From the NCBI GenBank assembly GCA_041393015.1, contig JAWKKV010000001.1, positions 498,625-562,624 of the forward strand: a stretch of 64,000 bases of DNA. The letters run 5' to 3'. The DNA comes from Chitinophagales bacterium (lineage in GTDB: Bacteria > Bacteroidota > Bacteroidia > Chitinophagales > JADIYW01). The notes beneath the pieces were generated by a model that was not told the origin of the DNA, made no database searches, and saw nothing but the letters and a program-made list of their open reading frames with translations. Positions 39,707 to 49,635 of this stretch are shown here, piece by piece (the first letter of the stretch is position 1; the number at the start of each line of letters is the position of its first letter). The translations under genes were made by a program, and so were the position numbers.

Positions 39707-40318
39707 CTATCTCTTATCTAACTCCAAACCTATTTGCTTGGCTTCTTTGATACATTCTTGGTGGCGAAAACAGGTAGTTAAATGATCGTTTACCATTCCA
39801 ACAGCTTGCATAAATGCGTAGCAAATGGTGGACCCGACGAATTTAAATCCTCTCTTCTTCAAATCTTTACTCATAGCGTCTGATTCAGGAGAAGTAGCCA
39901 TAAAATCACCTTTGTCTTTTATATGATTGACAATGACTTTACCATTTGTAAATTGCCATAAATATTGGCTAAAGCTACCTTCTTCTTCCACTAATTTTAA
40001 ATAAGCTTGTGCGTTGGTTACGGCAGCATTTACTTTTAGTCTGTTTCTTATAATTCCGGCATCTTGTAATAGCAACTCTATTTTTTCTGCGTTATAAAGT
40101 GCCATTTTTTCGGGATCTAATCCATCAAAAGCATCAAAATAATTTTGAGTTCTTCTTAGAATAGTGATCCAACTTAAACCGGCTTGTGCGCCATCTAAGA
40201 TTAATTTGGCAAATAAAGCTTTGTCATCTAATTCAGGAACGCCCCATTCTTTATCATGGTAACGAACATACAGCTCGTCCTTACCTGGCCATGGACATCT
40301 ATCTTTCTCGTTACTCAA
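39707..40318 (-). CDS. tag: DNA-3-methyladenine glycosylase I
   Basis: RCPWPGKDELYVRYHDKEWGVP, GLSWITIL, and the C-terminal zinc-ligand context (H..TC). Confidence 0.92.
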   Translation of the reverse strand: MSNEKDRCPWPGKDELYVRYHDKEWGVPELDDKALFAKLILDGAQAGLSWITILRRTQNYFDAFDGLDPEKMALYNAEKIELLLQDAGIIRNRLKVNAAVTNAQAYLKLVEEEGSFSQYLWQFTNGKVIVNHIKDKGDFMATSPESDAMSKDLKKRGFKFVGSTICYAFMQAVGMVNDHLTTCFRHQECIKEAKQIGLELDKR

Positions 40319-40836
40319 TTGTTTTCAATTACTTTTTTAAGATCAACGTACATTTCTTGTTTGCCTTTATGAATGGCCTTATTGAAAATTTTAGTGATTG
40401 CTCTAGCCAAAATGCCTTTCCCGTGAAAAGTGTGGGTCTCCGTTACTAATGTTCCATCATTTTTTGCTTTAAATTCCATTTCAATATGGCCATCAATCAT
40501 TTTATCATTTAAATCAAATCCTATCTTCTGATTAGGTACAATGTCTGTAATTTTTTCCGTCATTTCCATTGGCTTTCCTTTCTGCATAAAAACCATTGCA
40601 TACTCACTCCCAACAGCACCCTTTTCGCCTTTTACCAATTCTGCACTAACAAAACCTGATAACCATTCTTCGTTGTTATCCATATCCAAAACGTAGCTAT
40701 ATACTTCTTCTACCGGTGCATTAATTTCTATTTCTGTAATCATTTCATGCTTTGTATTGGGAATTCCTAATATTAAAAATACCAAGAAGGAAAGCAATAC
40801 CAATCCAATAAATGACTTTAATACTTTATTCAACAT
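40315..40836 (-). CDS. SRPBCC-fold (polyketide cyclase/START-like) protein with an N-terminal anchor
   Basis: N-terminal TM helix, then about 140 aa with an SRPBCC-like beta/alpha pattern (INAPVEEVYSYV...). Weak pattern-level call. Confidence 0.5.
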   Translation of the reverse strand: MLNKVLKSFIGLVLLSFLVFLILGIPNTKHEMITEIEINAPVEEVYSYVLDMDNNEEWLSGFVSAELVKGEKGAVGSEYAMVFMQKGKPMEMTEKITDIVPNQKIGFDLNDKMIDGHIEMEFKAKNDGTLVTETHTFHGKGILARAITKIFNKAIHKGKQEMYVDLKKVIENN

Positions 40837-41122
40837 AATTGTAGTTTTGCCGCGTGATTAATGGATACTAAGTTAAAAAACTATTTTTTGGAAAATTGCT
40901 TCTTTATTGGATATTGATGCACAAAAAATAATAATTGTTGGCATGAGTGGTAGATGCAAAACAACTTTAGCTTCTATAATTAACCATCAAAACAATATCC
41001 CTTTCCATATCTCTTGATAACATAAAGAACAAATTCTATTAGTTCTTTGTAAAATTTGCAAGTCTATAATATTTGGCTCGTTTTTTGATACAGTTAACTA
41101 AGTCAAAACATTAATAACTACC

Positions 41123-41671
41123 ATGAAAAAACTTTTACTATTTACATTTTTGACATCCTTTGGTTTTTACTTAAACCTTGATGCCCAGGTCTATTCCACT
41201 GAAGATTTAAAACTTAAAGAAGAAAAACACATTCTTGAGAAAAATCAAAAATCAGGTGATACAACACCAATTCCAAAAGTTGAGAAAGAAAATTTTAAAT
41301 CACCATTAGATGCCAATGCTCTTCTTAACTCATATAAAATAGTCAGAATAGAAGCGTTTGATTATCAATCAAAGCATACTGAATTAGAAATGAAAAATTT
41401 TCAGCAAGAAATGTTGGAGGAATTTCAAACAAATGACATGAGCATTACACATGATTGCTCAATGATTTATTTGATTAACAGAGGAGATCACTCAAAATAT
41501 TTAGCAAGAGCTATTAAAATTGAAAATAATAAATTGGTTTATACCAATTGCGAAAAATGCAATATGGAACCAATGACAATTATTGAGCATAATAATTATG
41601 ATTTAATTGTAGAAATGCCGGCTCAAGATGGTGAGAGTTTCTATACTGTTCGTTTAACTTTTAAAAGATAA
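41123..41671 (+). CDS. secreted hypothetical protein
   Basis: Signal peptide MKKLLLFTFLTSFGFYLNLDAQ. Its stop lies 3 nt before the giant adhesin gene. Confidence 0.5.
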   Translation: MKKLLLFTFLTSFGFYLNLDAQVYSTEDLKLKEEKHILEKNQKSGDTTPIPKVEKENFKSPLDANALLNSYKIVRIEAFDYQSKHTELEMKNFQQEMLEEFQTNDMSITHDCSMIYLINRGDHSKYLARAIKIENNKLVYTNCEKCNMEPMTIIEHNNYDLIVEMPAQDGESFYTVRLTFKR

Positions 41672-41674
41672 GCT

Positions 41675-44600
41675 ATGAAAAGGTATTTCAATTTTATAAT
41701 TATAGTTTGTGCTATTGTGTTTGGATCAGACTTATTTGCACAAAAAGCGAATATTAGTTTAACCATGTATGTTACCAAAACTGCCCATTCAGAATATGGA
41801 ACGACAGGTGGTGATTGTTGGGAAACGGGAACTGAAGATTATACGGGAAAGATATGGTTTTGGACGGAAGCGGACGGTACTTGGCGAGGTGGAACGTGCA
41901 GAACATGTGATAATAATGGCGATTGTACGAATGGCTCCTGGACAGATGGTTATACGTATTCTAATACACCTGCAGAGGTTATGGATGCTTATTTAGATGC
42001 CTGGGAGGACGACGGTGATAGGTGTAATTATGGTAGTGGTGATGATTGTAGAACCACCGACTATGTGAGTAGTACAGGCGCCAATAGATATTTTCGAGAA
42101 GTATCCTACCCAAGTAATGGAAGTTATATGTACTATGGCGGAAATCAACACGACTTTGGCGATGATGATAACTGGGGACAAGTTGGCTTAACTTGGAAAT
42201 ACACTGGTAGCAGCAGTGCCATTTCAATGACCTGTAATGCCCAAACTGCCACCCAATACAGCGGTAGAATTCGATCTCAATCTGTATACTTAAATGCAGG
42301 GAGCATATACAGGTTTCAAACAACATCCGGACCTGATACCTACCTTAGATTGTATGGACCTGACGGATACTCTATTGTTGCTGCTGATGATGATGGTGGA
42401 GGTTCTCTATTATCAAAGATTACTTATACTGCGTCAAGTACGGGTTGGTATTATATTGAAACAGCAATGTACCTTTCTGGCACGAATAGAAATCCCTTAA
42501 ATGCCAATACCGTTTTAGAATATCAATTGGTTCCCCCTGTTCTTGGAAGTCCATCTACCACACAAGTGAATTTTTGTGATAGCGGTGGAAACTTTATCAC
42601 TGCGGTAACCGCAAATAGCACACAATATGGAACAGTTGAATGGAACTGGGGAAGAAACAATGGAACATGGAGTGGTCTTTGGACAACGGGCACAAGCTCA
42701 GGAGTGTGTTGTTTTCCTAAAAAGACAAGCAATAGTGATGGGAACGCTGATAGAATAAGATACAGAGTAAACAATGGAGGTTGTTATAGCGCATATTCAC
42801 CCACCATTTTAATTACCAATAATTGGAATGAAGCGCCTACAAGTATGAGTGTAAATAATGCTTCCTATTGTTCTACCAGTGTACCGAGCACCATTACTTT
42901 AACTGCAACATTTCCTTCAAATATCAACATGAATGGAACGGTTAAGTTTTACAGCGGCTCTTGTGGTGGAGTCCTTGTAGGAACTGTTAATCCGGGTGAA
43001 TTATCATCTACTGCTTCGTTAACAATTTCAGCACCAAGTGCTTCCACTACCTATTATGCGAGGTATGAAAGTTCATGTGAAACAACCTCTTGCGCGTCAA
43101 TATCTGTGTATGTACCGGTTGTTTCGCTAACAGCAAATGTCACTCAACCAACTTGTTTTGGCAGCACAAATGGAGCAATAGATTTAGATGTGAATGTAAC
43201 TGTTCCAAACTTTGGTAATAGCTTAAGATTATGGACGAAAGCCAATGAAGGCATTGAAATTAATGCCTCGAATGACGTAACCAAATGGAATGATTTAAGT
43301 GGATACAATAATCACTTTACCACAACCTATGGAAGCAATACAAAAATCCAAGAAAGCTCAATTAATGGCAAACCGGCTATAAGGTTTAATAATGCCAGTG
43401 TAATGGAAACGCCAAGTTTTGCTACTAACCCATATACCATGATTGTTGTTGGTAAGATGAATAGCGGCACAAATGCTAGATTAGTATCATCCGGCACTAC
43501 CAACTGGCTTATGGGCTGGTGGGGAGGCTATAGAGATAGAATGTATGCGGATGGTTGGGTCAACTCAGGCCCCAACACAAATATTTTGGATCCTTACATT
43601 TATTCTGTAAGTGGTAGCGGAAGTTTAACCTCGTTTTATAGAAATGGTTCATTAGTGGCAAGCAATGCATCCGGAGTGAGTGCCCCAGGAATAATATCAC
43701 TAGGTGGATGGGGAACCGGAAATACTGAATTATCTAATGGTGATGTAGCTGAAGTTATCGTTTACAATAAAGTATTAACTAATGAAGAAAGACAAATTGT
43801 AGAAAGATATCTTGCTTCTAAATATGCCATCAGTGGTCCTTCTCCGTTATATACATATGCTTGGTCTCCGGGTGGAGCCAGTACTGAAGATCGTACCGGA
43901 CTTTCAAATGGCACTTACTCTGTAACTGTTACAACAGAAAGTTGCCCAACAACCTTACCCGGTATTGCCGTTACCCAACCCTCTGATATTGCCATAACAG
44001 CAACTACAGTAAATGAAGGTTGCCCTTCAGATGATGATGGATCAATTGATGTTACATTAACTGGTGGCATTACCAACATTCGATACATAAAAATAACGCA
44101 ACGAAGACCGGCAACTGAAAGCTGGTTGAATATCAATGAAATTCAAGCCTATGAAATATTTACCGGAACCAACGTAGCACTTGGTAAAACAGCCACTACA
44201 AATAATCCGCATGGATCATATCCTGCTTCTAGATTAACTGATGGCATAATCAACAATGGATCAGGAATGTTTCACACCGGAACCCCTGCATATAAAGGTG
44301 ATTGGGCTCGCGTAGATTTAGGTGCTGCTTATCATTTAGATTATATAAGAATTCAAAATAGAACAGACTGTTGTCAATATAGAGCAGATGATCTATTGTT
44401 AGAATTTTTTGACGCTAGTAATAGTTTAATTTATTCGTCAAAGATAAATGCAAGTGCAAACACCTATACGCACAATGTATTAGATGCTGCTTGGAGTGAT
44501 GGTGGTACAACCTTAGATAGGACAGACTTAGATGGAGGAACCTACAGTTTAACGATTACAGATGTAAATGGCTGTACCAAAACACAAGGTTACACACTAA

Positions 44601-46015
44601 CCACTAAAACCCTATCTACAGCTCCTATAGGGGCAACCGCCTCAAGTTCCTTTTTTTGTTCCGGCGACGCGGTAACCTTAACGGCCGTAGGAGGAAGTTT
44701 GGGAACAGGTGCCACATGGAAATGGTACTCTGATGCCGGATTTACAACCAGTGTGGGAAGTGGTTCACCACTAACAGTATATCCTACCGGAAATACAACG
44801 TTTTATGTTCGAGCAGAAGGAGATTGTAACAATACTTTAGATCGATCAGTAGCCGTAATAGTAAATGGCAGTAGCACTGCTCCAAGTTCTACTGTTTCAT
44901 TAGCAAGCAACTCCAGCACAAGTACTTGTGTGGTGAATGACAATAATTGGCACTATTTCTATAATAATTTTGGAGAATTGTTGGCAGCAGTTAACTCAAA
45001 CGGTCAAAATTTGGGTAATGTTACAGTTAGCATTACCGTTGGAGATAGCGGTCCATTTCTTACTTCAATACAAGGAGAACAGTGTTTTAACAGCGGAGCC
45101 AATCAAGGCGAATATGCTATGCCAAGATACTGGGATATTACTACAACCAACGCACCGAGTTCGGTAGTAGATGTCATCTTCTATTATAAAAATTCAGATG
45201 TAGCGAGCTTGGTAGCCACTGTCAACAGTCGAGATGCAGATTACTTGTGGTGTTGGGGTGATGTTAATGGGGAATCGGATTTGATGATGACAGTAAGACA
45301 TTCAGGAGGCAGTACAGAAATATTTACAAGTTTGGCCTTTGCCAATGGACCCAATACAATTGATGGACAAAGACAAATTGCTTTTCAGTTATCTGAATTT
45401 TCCGGCGGTAAACTGCATTCAAATGGAGGCAGATATGGTGCCAATCCTTTGCCTGTTGAATTAATCAACTTTACTGCTGAGGCAATAAATAATAAAAAAA
45501 TTCAATTGAATTGGACGACTGCTTCGGAAATTAACAATAAAGGCTTCGAAATAGAAAGAAGTTTAGATGGGATTAATTTTGAGACAATAGGATGGGTCGA
45601 TGGTAATGGCAATAGCAACGAAATTCATACTTACGAAACCATTGATAGTGAAGTTTCAGTTTCTGTAGGCACTTATTATTACAGATTAAAACAAATTGAT
45701 TTTGATGATGCGTTTGAGTATAGTGATGTAGCTTCTGCCACCATTACAAGTCTTAATGTGTTTGAAGCGAGTAATTTTATACCCAACCCTTCATCTCACG
45801 CCACTAAACTAGACTTTGAACTACCCAACAATACCGAAGTGCAAATAGAACTATTTGATAATTTAGGTAGATTGGTCACTACCAAAGTCGTTCATTTAAG
45901 TGCAGGTAAACAATCCATTGAATTTAACACTACCGATTATTCAGCCGGAGTATACTTTGCCAATATTTACATGAATAGTCACGTATTTTCTAGAAAGTTA
46001 GTGGTGGAAAAATAA
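41675..46015 (+). CDS. giant multidomain T9SS type A cargo protein (PPC-like, LamG-like, SprB-repeat, discoidin/F5-8C-like, Ig-like modules)
   Basis: Signal peptide; YRFQT...YLRLYGPDG...ADDDGGG (pre-peptidase C-like); LRLWTKANEG...WNDLSG (LamG-like); INEIQAYE...WARVDLG...IQNRTDCC (discoidin-like); C-terminal Por_Secre_tail-like NPSSHATKLDFELPNNTEVQIELFDNLGRLV. Confidence 0.85.
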   Translation: MKRYFNFIIIVCAIVFGSDLFAQKANISLTMYVTKTAHSEYGTTGGDCWETGTEDYTGKIWFWTEADGTWRGGTCRTCDNNGDCTNGSWTDGYTYSNTPAEVMDAYLDAWEDDGDRCNYGSGDDCRTTDYVSSTGANRYFREVSYPSNGSYMYYGGNQHDFGDDDNWGQVGLTWKYTGSSSAISMTCNAQTATQYSGRIRSQSVYLNAGSIYRFQTTSGPDTYLRLYGPDGYSIVAADDDGGGSLLSKITYTASSTGWYYIETAMYLSGTNRNPLNANTVLEYQLVPPVLGSPSTTQVNFCDSGGNFITAVTANSTQYGTVEWNWGRNNGTWSGLWTTGTSSGVCCFPKKTSNSDGNADRIRYRVNNGGCYSAYSPTILITNNWNEAPTSMSVNNASYCSTSVPSTITLTATFPSNINMNGTVKFYSGSCGGVLVGTVNPGELSSTASLTISAPSASTTYYARYESSCETTSCASISVYVPVVSLTANVTQPTCFGSTNGAIDLDVNVTVPNFGNSLRLWTKANEGIEINASNDVTKWNDLSGYNNHFTTTYGSNTKIQESSINGKPAIRFNNASVMETPSFATNPYTMIVVGKMNSGTNARLVSSGTTNWLMGWWGGYRDRMYADGWVNSGPNTNILDPYIYSVSGSGSLTSFYRNGSLVASNASGVSAPGIISLGGWGTGNTELSNGDVAEVIVYNKVLTNEERQIVERYLASKYAISGPSPLYTYAWSPGGASTEDRTGLSNGTYSVTVTTESCPTTLPGIAVTQPSDIAITATTVNEGCPSDDDGSIDVTLTGGITNIRYIKITQRRPATESWLNINEIQAYEIFTGTNVALGKTATTNNPHGSYPASRLTDGIINNGSGMFHTGTPAYKGDWARVDLGAAYHLDYIRIQNRTDCCQYRADDLLLEFFDASNSLIYSSKINASANTYTHNVLDAAWSDGGTTLDRTDLDGGTYSLTITDVNGCTKTQGYTLTTKTLSTAPIGATASSSFFCSGDAVTLTAVGGSLGTGATWKWYSDAGFTTSVGSGSPLTVYPTGNTTFYVRAEGDCNNTLDRSVAVIVNGSSTAPSSTVSLASNSSTSTCVVNDNNWHYFYNNFGELLAAVNSNGQNLGNVTVSITVGDSGPFLTSIQGEQCFNSGANQGEYAMPRYWDITTTNAPSSVVDVIFYYKNSDVASLVATVNSRDADYLWCWGDVNGESDLMMTVRHSGGSTEIFTSLAFANGPNTIDGQRQIAFQLSEFSGGKLHSNGGRYGANPLPVELINFTAEAINNKKIQLNWTTASEINNKGFEIERSLDGINFETIGWVDGNGNSNEIHTYETIDSEVSVSVGTYYYRLKQIDFDDAFEYSDVASATITSLNVFEASNFIPNPSSHATKLDFELPNNTEVQIELFDNLGRLVTTKVVHLSAGKQSIEFNTTDYSAGVYFANIYMNSHVFSRKLVVEK

Positions 46016-46071
46016 GTTAAGTTAATATGCTTGACAAAGCATCAATACTAGTTAACAAAAAACGATTAAAA

Positions 46072-46108
46072 AGCGGGATGTCCAATTTGGGCATCCCGCT
46101 TTCTTTTT
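46072..46108 (+). terminator. rho-independent terminator
   Basis: aagcgggatg.cc / gg.catcccgctt stem followed by tcttttt. Confidence 0.7.
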
Positions 46109-46290
46109 AAGTTGTGTTTCTATTTTTTCTATAAGTTGATTCACTTCTTTACTTTTCTCTTCCTTTGGTACTATCTCTAAAAAAATTCTATCTAAGGACA
46201 TTAATGTAATGATAGGAAAAAGGGTAAGTTTAAGGATGAAAAATGGGTGATATTAAAATATCAATTGGAAGAAGGATTTGTACTGATAAA

Positions 46291-46326
46291 ATTAAAAAAG
46301 CAGTAACCCAAAAATGGATTACTGCT
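46291..46326 (-). terminator. rho-independent terminator of the PfkB-family gene
   Basis: agcagtaa / ttactgct stem; on the minus strand it is followed by ttttttaat. Confidence 0.6.
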
Positions 46327-46352
46327 TCTACATTATTTATTATCTCTTAAAA

Positions 46353-47276
46353 TTACTGTAAAATGATATCGAAATCTACTAGCTCTATAAAAACACTTAC
46401 TCTGTCTTCTAATTCTTGTCTTGTAACCGTTTTTAAACGCTCCGGACCAAATTTTTCTACACAGAATGAAGCCATTGCTGAACCATAAATTACGGCTCTC
46501 TTCATGTTTTCAAAAGACAAATCTTTTGTTTTAGACAAATACCCCATAAATCCACCTGCGAATGTATCGCCTGCACCTGTTGGATCAAATACATCTTCTA
46601 ATGGCAATGCCGGCGCAAAGAATACTCTATTGCCATGAAACAATAAAGCACCATTCTCTCCTTTTTTGATAATCAAGTATTTAGGTCCCATTGCTCTGAT
46701 TTTAGCCGCTGCCTTTACCAAAGAATGCTCTCCTGATAATTGACGTGCCTCTTCATCATTAATGGTTAAAAGATCTATCATGCCAATTACCTTATTTAAA
46801 GGCTCAGGCGTATTATCCATCCAAAAATTCATAGTATCTAAAGCAATCATTTTCGGACGCTTATTCATTTGCTCAATTACTTTGATCTGTAATGTTGGAT
46901 CAATATTTCCCAAAATAACAAACTCGCTATCTTTAAAATGGTCCGGTAAAATTGGGTTGAACTCCAACAATACATTTAAATCTGTTACCAAAGTATCACG
47001 GCTATTCATATCCATATGATACTTACCCGACCAGAAAAATGATTTTTTTCCTTCTTTGATTTCTAATCCACTGATATCTGTTCCAATAGACTCTAAATAA
47101 TTTAATTCTTCTTTAGAATAATCATCTCCAATAATGGAAACTAATTTCATATCGTTGGTAAATTGTCCTGCAGACTGGCAAATATAGTTGCCCGAACCAC
47201 CGGTAATCTTATCTGTTTTACCAAATGGTGTTTCAATTGCATCATAGGCTACTGTGCCAATTACTAGTAAACTCAT
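46353..47276 (-). CDS. PfkB-family carbohydrate/nucleoside kinase
   Basis: N-terminal GGSGNY motif and C-terminal DPTGAGDTFAGGF (PfkB signature 2). Confidence 0.85.
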   Translation of the reverse strand: MSLLVIGTVAYDAIETPFGKTDKITGGSGNYICQSAGQFTNDMKLVSIIGDDYSKEELNYLESIGTDISGLEIKEGKKSFFWSGKYHMDMNSRDTLVTDLNVLLEFNPILPDHFKDSEFVILGNIDPTLQIKVIEQMNKRPKMIALDTMNFWMDNTPEPLNKVIGMIDLLTINDEEARQLSGEHSLVKAAAKIRAMGPKYLIIKKGENGALLFHGNRVFFAPALPLEDVFDPTGAGDTFAGGFMGYLSKTKDLSFENMKRAVIYGSAMASFCVEKFGPERLKTVTRQELEDRVSVFIELVDFDIILQ

Positions 47277-47304
47277 TCTTTTTTTAAATTTAGTTTCGCA
47301 AATA

Positions 47305-47334
47305 TTGCATAATTATAGATAATACCATAGATTT
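47305..47334 (+). promoter_or_regulatory. candidate promoter (TTG-20 nt-TAGATTTG) reading toward a structured non-coding region
   Basis: ttgcataattatagataataccatagatttg. The -7 box fits the TAnnTTTG consensus exactly. No ORF follows. Confidence 0.35.
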
Positions 47335-47507
47335 GCGCTCCCTTTTCAGGGAAAGTTCATAAAATTTACAACTCCTTTCACTCCTCCCGAATCTTTCGGG
47401 GAGAGTTTAGGGTGTAAATTCCTTCAGTGTTTATTGAAAGATTGAATAGAATTAACTTTTTAACCATTCATAACACGAAATTAATCAATAGATAAAGAGG
47501 AATTAAG

Positions 47508-47515
47508 TAAATTTG
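47508..47515 (+). promoter_or_regulatory. -7 box (TAAATTTG) of the tRNA-Asn promoter
   Basis: Exact TAnnTTTG match 19 nt upstream of the tRNA 5' end. Confidence 0.4.
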
Positions 47516-47533
47516 CAGCCGATTAAAAAACAC

Positions 47534-47607
47534 TCCTTCATAGCTCAGTTGGTTAGAGCGGTTGACTGTTAATCAATAGGTCCCTGGTTCGAGTCCAGGT
47601 GAGGGAG
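47534..47607 (+). tRNA. tRNA-Asn (anticodon GTT)
   Basis: Hand-folded cloverleaf: acceptor tccttca/tgaggga, D arm gctc/gagc, anticodon stem gttga/tcaat with loop ctGTTaa, T arm cctgg-ttcgagt-ccagg. Discriminator G, then genomically encoded CCA (47608-10). Confidence 0.93.
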
Positions 47608-47640
47608 CCAAAAGGTCGCAATGCGGCCGAGCGATTACAA

Positions 47641-47673
47641 AGCCTTTTCGAATTTTTCGGAAAGGCTTTTTTA
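47641..47673 (+). terminator. rho-independent terminator after tRNA-Asn
   Basis: 12-bp stem agccttttcgaa / ttcggaaaggct followed by tttttat. Confidence 0.7.
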
Positions 47674-47797
47674 TTTCTATTAGAAAATAAATACAGTAGC
47701 TAGTCATATTTCAAACCATCCAACTATAAATTTTCAATTCTATTTTGATAAATGACGTTCAAAAAGTCAAACTTTTTACCTTTACGCAAAAATCAGC

Positions 47798-48370
47798 ATG
47801 AGTATTGATAATGTATTACAAAAAAGAAGTGGGTTGGTTTGTGAATTATGTGGCTCAACCGATGATATAGCAGCGTTAGAGGTTAATGGTGGACCCAATT
47901 CGGATATAAATGAACAGATTGTAACTTGTGCTACTTGTAGACAACAAATCAATGAGGAAGTTCCTTTAGATCCCAATCATTGGAGATGTTTGAATGATAG
48001 TATGTGGAGTGAAGTGCCTGCCGTTCAAGTAATGGCTTATAGAATGCTGAACAGATTAAATGCTGAAGGTTGGGCGCGCGATCTTTTAGATATGATGTAT
48101 TTAGATGATGACACTAAAGCTTGGGCAAAAGCTGGAATGGCTGCTAATAATGCTATTGTCCATATAGATAGCAATGGTAATATTCTTCAAAGAGGAGACA
48201 CAGTTGTCATAACAGAAACGCTAAAAGTAAAAGGATCAAGTGTTACGGCTAAAAGAGGCACTTCTGTAAGAAATATTTCTTTGGTACACGATAATGCTGA
48301 ACAAATTGAAGGTAGAGTGGATGGACAGCAAATTGTGATCTTGACAAAATATGTCAAAAAGTCAAAGTAG
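47798..48370 (+). CDS. phnA: PhnA-family zinc-ribbon protein
   Basis: N-terminal CELCGS...CATC zinc ribbon and a C-terminal PhnA domain (DSNGNILQRGDTV...KVKGSS...IEGRVDGQQIVILTKYVKK). Confidence 0.85.
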   Translation: MSIDNVLQKRSGLVCELCGSTDDIAALEVNGGPNSDINEQIVTCATCRQQINEEVPLDPNHWRCLNDSMWSEVPAVQVMAYRMLNRLNAEGWARDLLDMMYLDDDTKAWAKAGMAANNAIVHIDSNGNILQRGDTVVITETLKVKGSSVTAKRGTSVRNISLVHDNAEQIEGRVDGQQIVILTKYVKKSK

Positions 48371-48390
48371 AAAAGATCTGTTTAGACTTA

Positions 48391-48687
48391 TTATTCGCTT
48401 TTCAAAACAAACTCAATTTCTTTAAATAATGGAGATGACTTACTTGCTTCCACTTGTTTAATATTCCATGCTCCGTTTTTAAAAAGTGTACTATTTATAC
48501 CTTCTTCATTTTTAATGGTGAAGGAATGTAGGTTACGATTGACTTTGTAATTGATATGCAAATGAGGCAATTTTGTCCAAGGTTCTTTATGATTATCTAA
48601 AGCAAAAAACAATTCTGCCGGAAATGTCCAAAACAATTCTTTCCAACCTCTTTTCAGCAGTTTTTGTTTATCAATTTTTGTTTTCAT
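48391..48687 (-). CDS. hypothetical protein (98 aa)
   Basis: ORF only; no motif recognised. Confidence 0.4.
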   Translation of the reverse strand: MKTKIDKQKLLKRGWKELFWTFPAELFFALDNHKEPWTKLPHLHINYKVNRNLHSFTIKNEEGINSTLFKNGAWNIKQVEASKSSPLFKEIEFVLKSE

Positions 48688-48996
48688 CTCGAGAAGCTAA
48701 GACTGTCTAATTTTACGCTTTTTAAGCTAATTCTTTTTTATGAATTGAATACATTTTATTCTAAAAATGAAAAGAGACTGTTTTAGTTAAAAACAGTCTC
48801 TGGACACCAGGAATAACGCGATGTAATTCCTGTCACAAAATATAAAAACCCCTTTTTTATAGCGTACTTTTTCTTCGATTTACGATGTGCCAAAGTTACA
48901 TGTAGAAGTGCTAAGATAACATAGGGGATACTACTCATATACTGATAAAAATGAATGTTTTTTACCGTAGATCGGCTTATATAAGTGAAAAAGGAG

Positions 48997-49635
48997 TTAC
49001 TGCTTTAAGCTCACAGCATATCTATATAAGCTATTCACGTCGCCTTCTAATTCTAGTTTTTTACAAATGTTGTAACGGTGATTTTCTACTGTTCTTGGAC
49101 TGATAAAGAGTAATTCAGCAATCTTTTTAGAGGTCAATCCTTCACCAATTAATTGAAATACCTTTTTTTCCATTCGGGTAAGCAACTTAATGGGTCCCAG
49201 CTTTGCCTCATTTTCTATTTGAATTTTTTCGAGACTTTTACTTAAATATGTTTTACCGGAAACAACTGCATTAATACAAGGCATTAATTCATCTAACACA
49301 ACATCTTTGAGCAAATACCCTTTAACGTTCAATTGTTTAGCCTTTTCAAAAAAGCTCAATTCATAAAACATCGTTAAAAGAATAATTGAAGTTGGCAATT
49401 CGTTTTTATAGGCTTCTTCAGCAATCTCTAAACCACTCATTCCTGGCATTTGGATATCTAAAATAGCAATATTGGGTTTACGTGATTGTATTTGCTGCCA
49501 AGCGGCAATGCCATCATTTGCTTGCCCAATAATCTGTATATTTTGATGAACGACCAATTCTTTCTCTAACCCAGAAACTATTAAGGGGTGATCGTCGGCA
49601 ATTAAAATGGTAGTGTGATTATTTTGTGCCATCAA
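48997..49635 (-). CDS. NarL/LuxR-family response regulator
   Basis: REC domain (ILIADDHPL, ILDIQMPGMSG) plus a LuxR HTH (LTSKKIAELLFISPRTVENHR). Overlaps the kinase gene by 17 nt. Confidence 0.9.
   Translation of the reverse strand: MMAQNNHTTILIADDHPLIVSGLEKELVVHQNIQIIGQANDGIAAWQQIQSRKPNIAILDIQMPGMSGLEIAEEAYKNELPTSIILLTMFYELSFFEKAKQLNVKGYLLKDVVLDELMPCINAVVSGKTYLSKSLEKIQIENEAKLGPIKLLTRMEKKVFQLIGEGLTSKKIAELLFISPRTVENHRYNICKKLELEGDVNSLYRYAVSLKQ

Noticed and set aside
46050-46200. 49-codon minus-strand ORF (MSLDRIFLEIVPKEEKSKEV...) and a 35-codon plus-strand ORF between two terminators
   Set aside because: The minus-strand ORF runs through the terminator hairpin of the adhesin gene. Neither has supporting motifs or an obvious promoter.
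47534-48700. Genomic island integrated at tRNA-Asn
   Set aside because: There is no integrase or recombinase downstream, and I saw no duplicated tRNA 3' end. The next genes (phnA, a small hypothetical) look ordinary.
48762-48801. 12-bp hairpin gagactgtttt/aaaacagtctc sharing the gagact/agtctc core with the hairpin at 51619-51649, considered as a repeat family
   Set aside because: The shared core is only 6-7 nt. Both are adequately explained as minus-strand intrinsic terminators, since each has a T-run on that strand.
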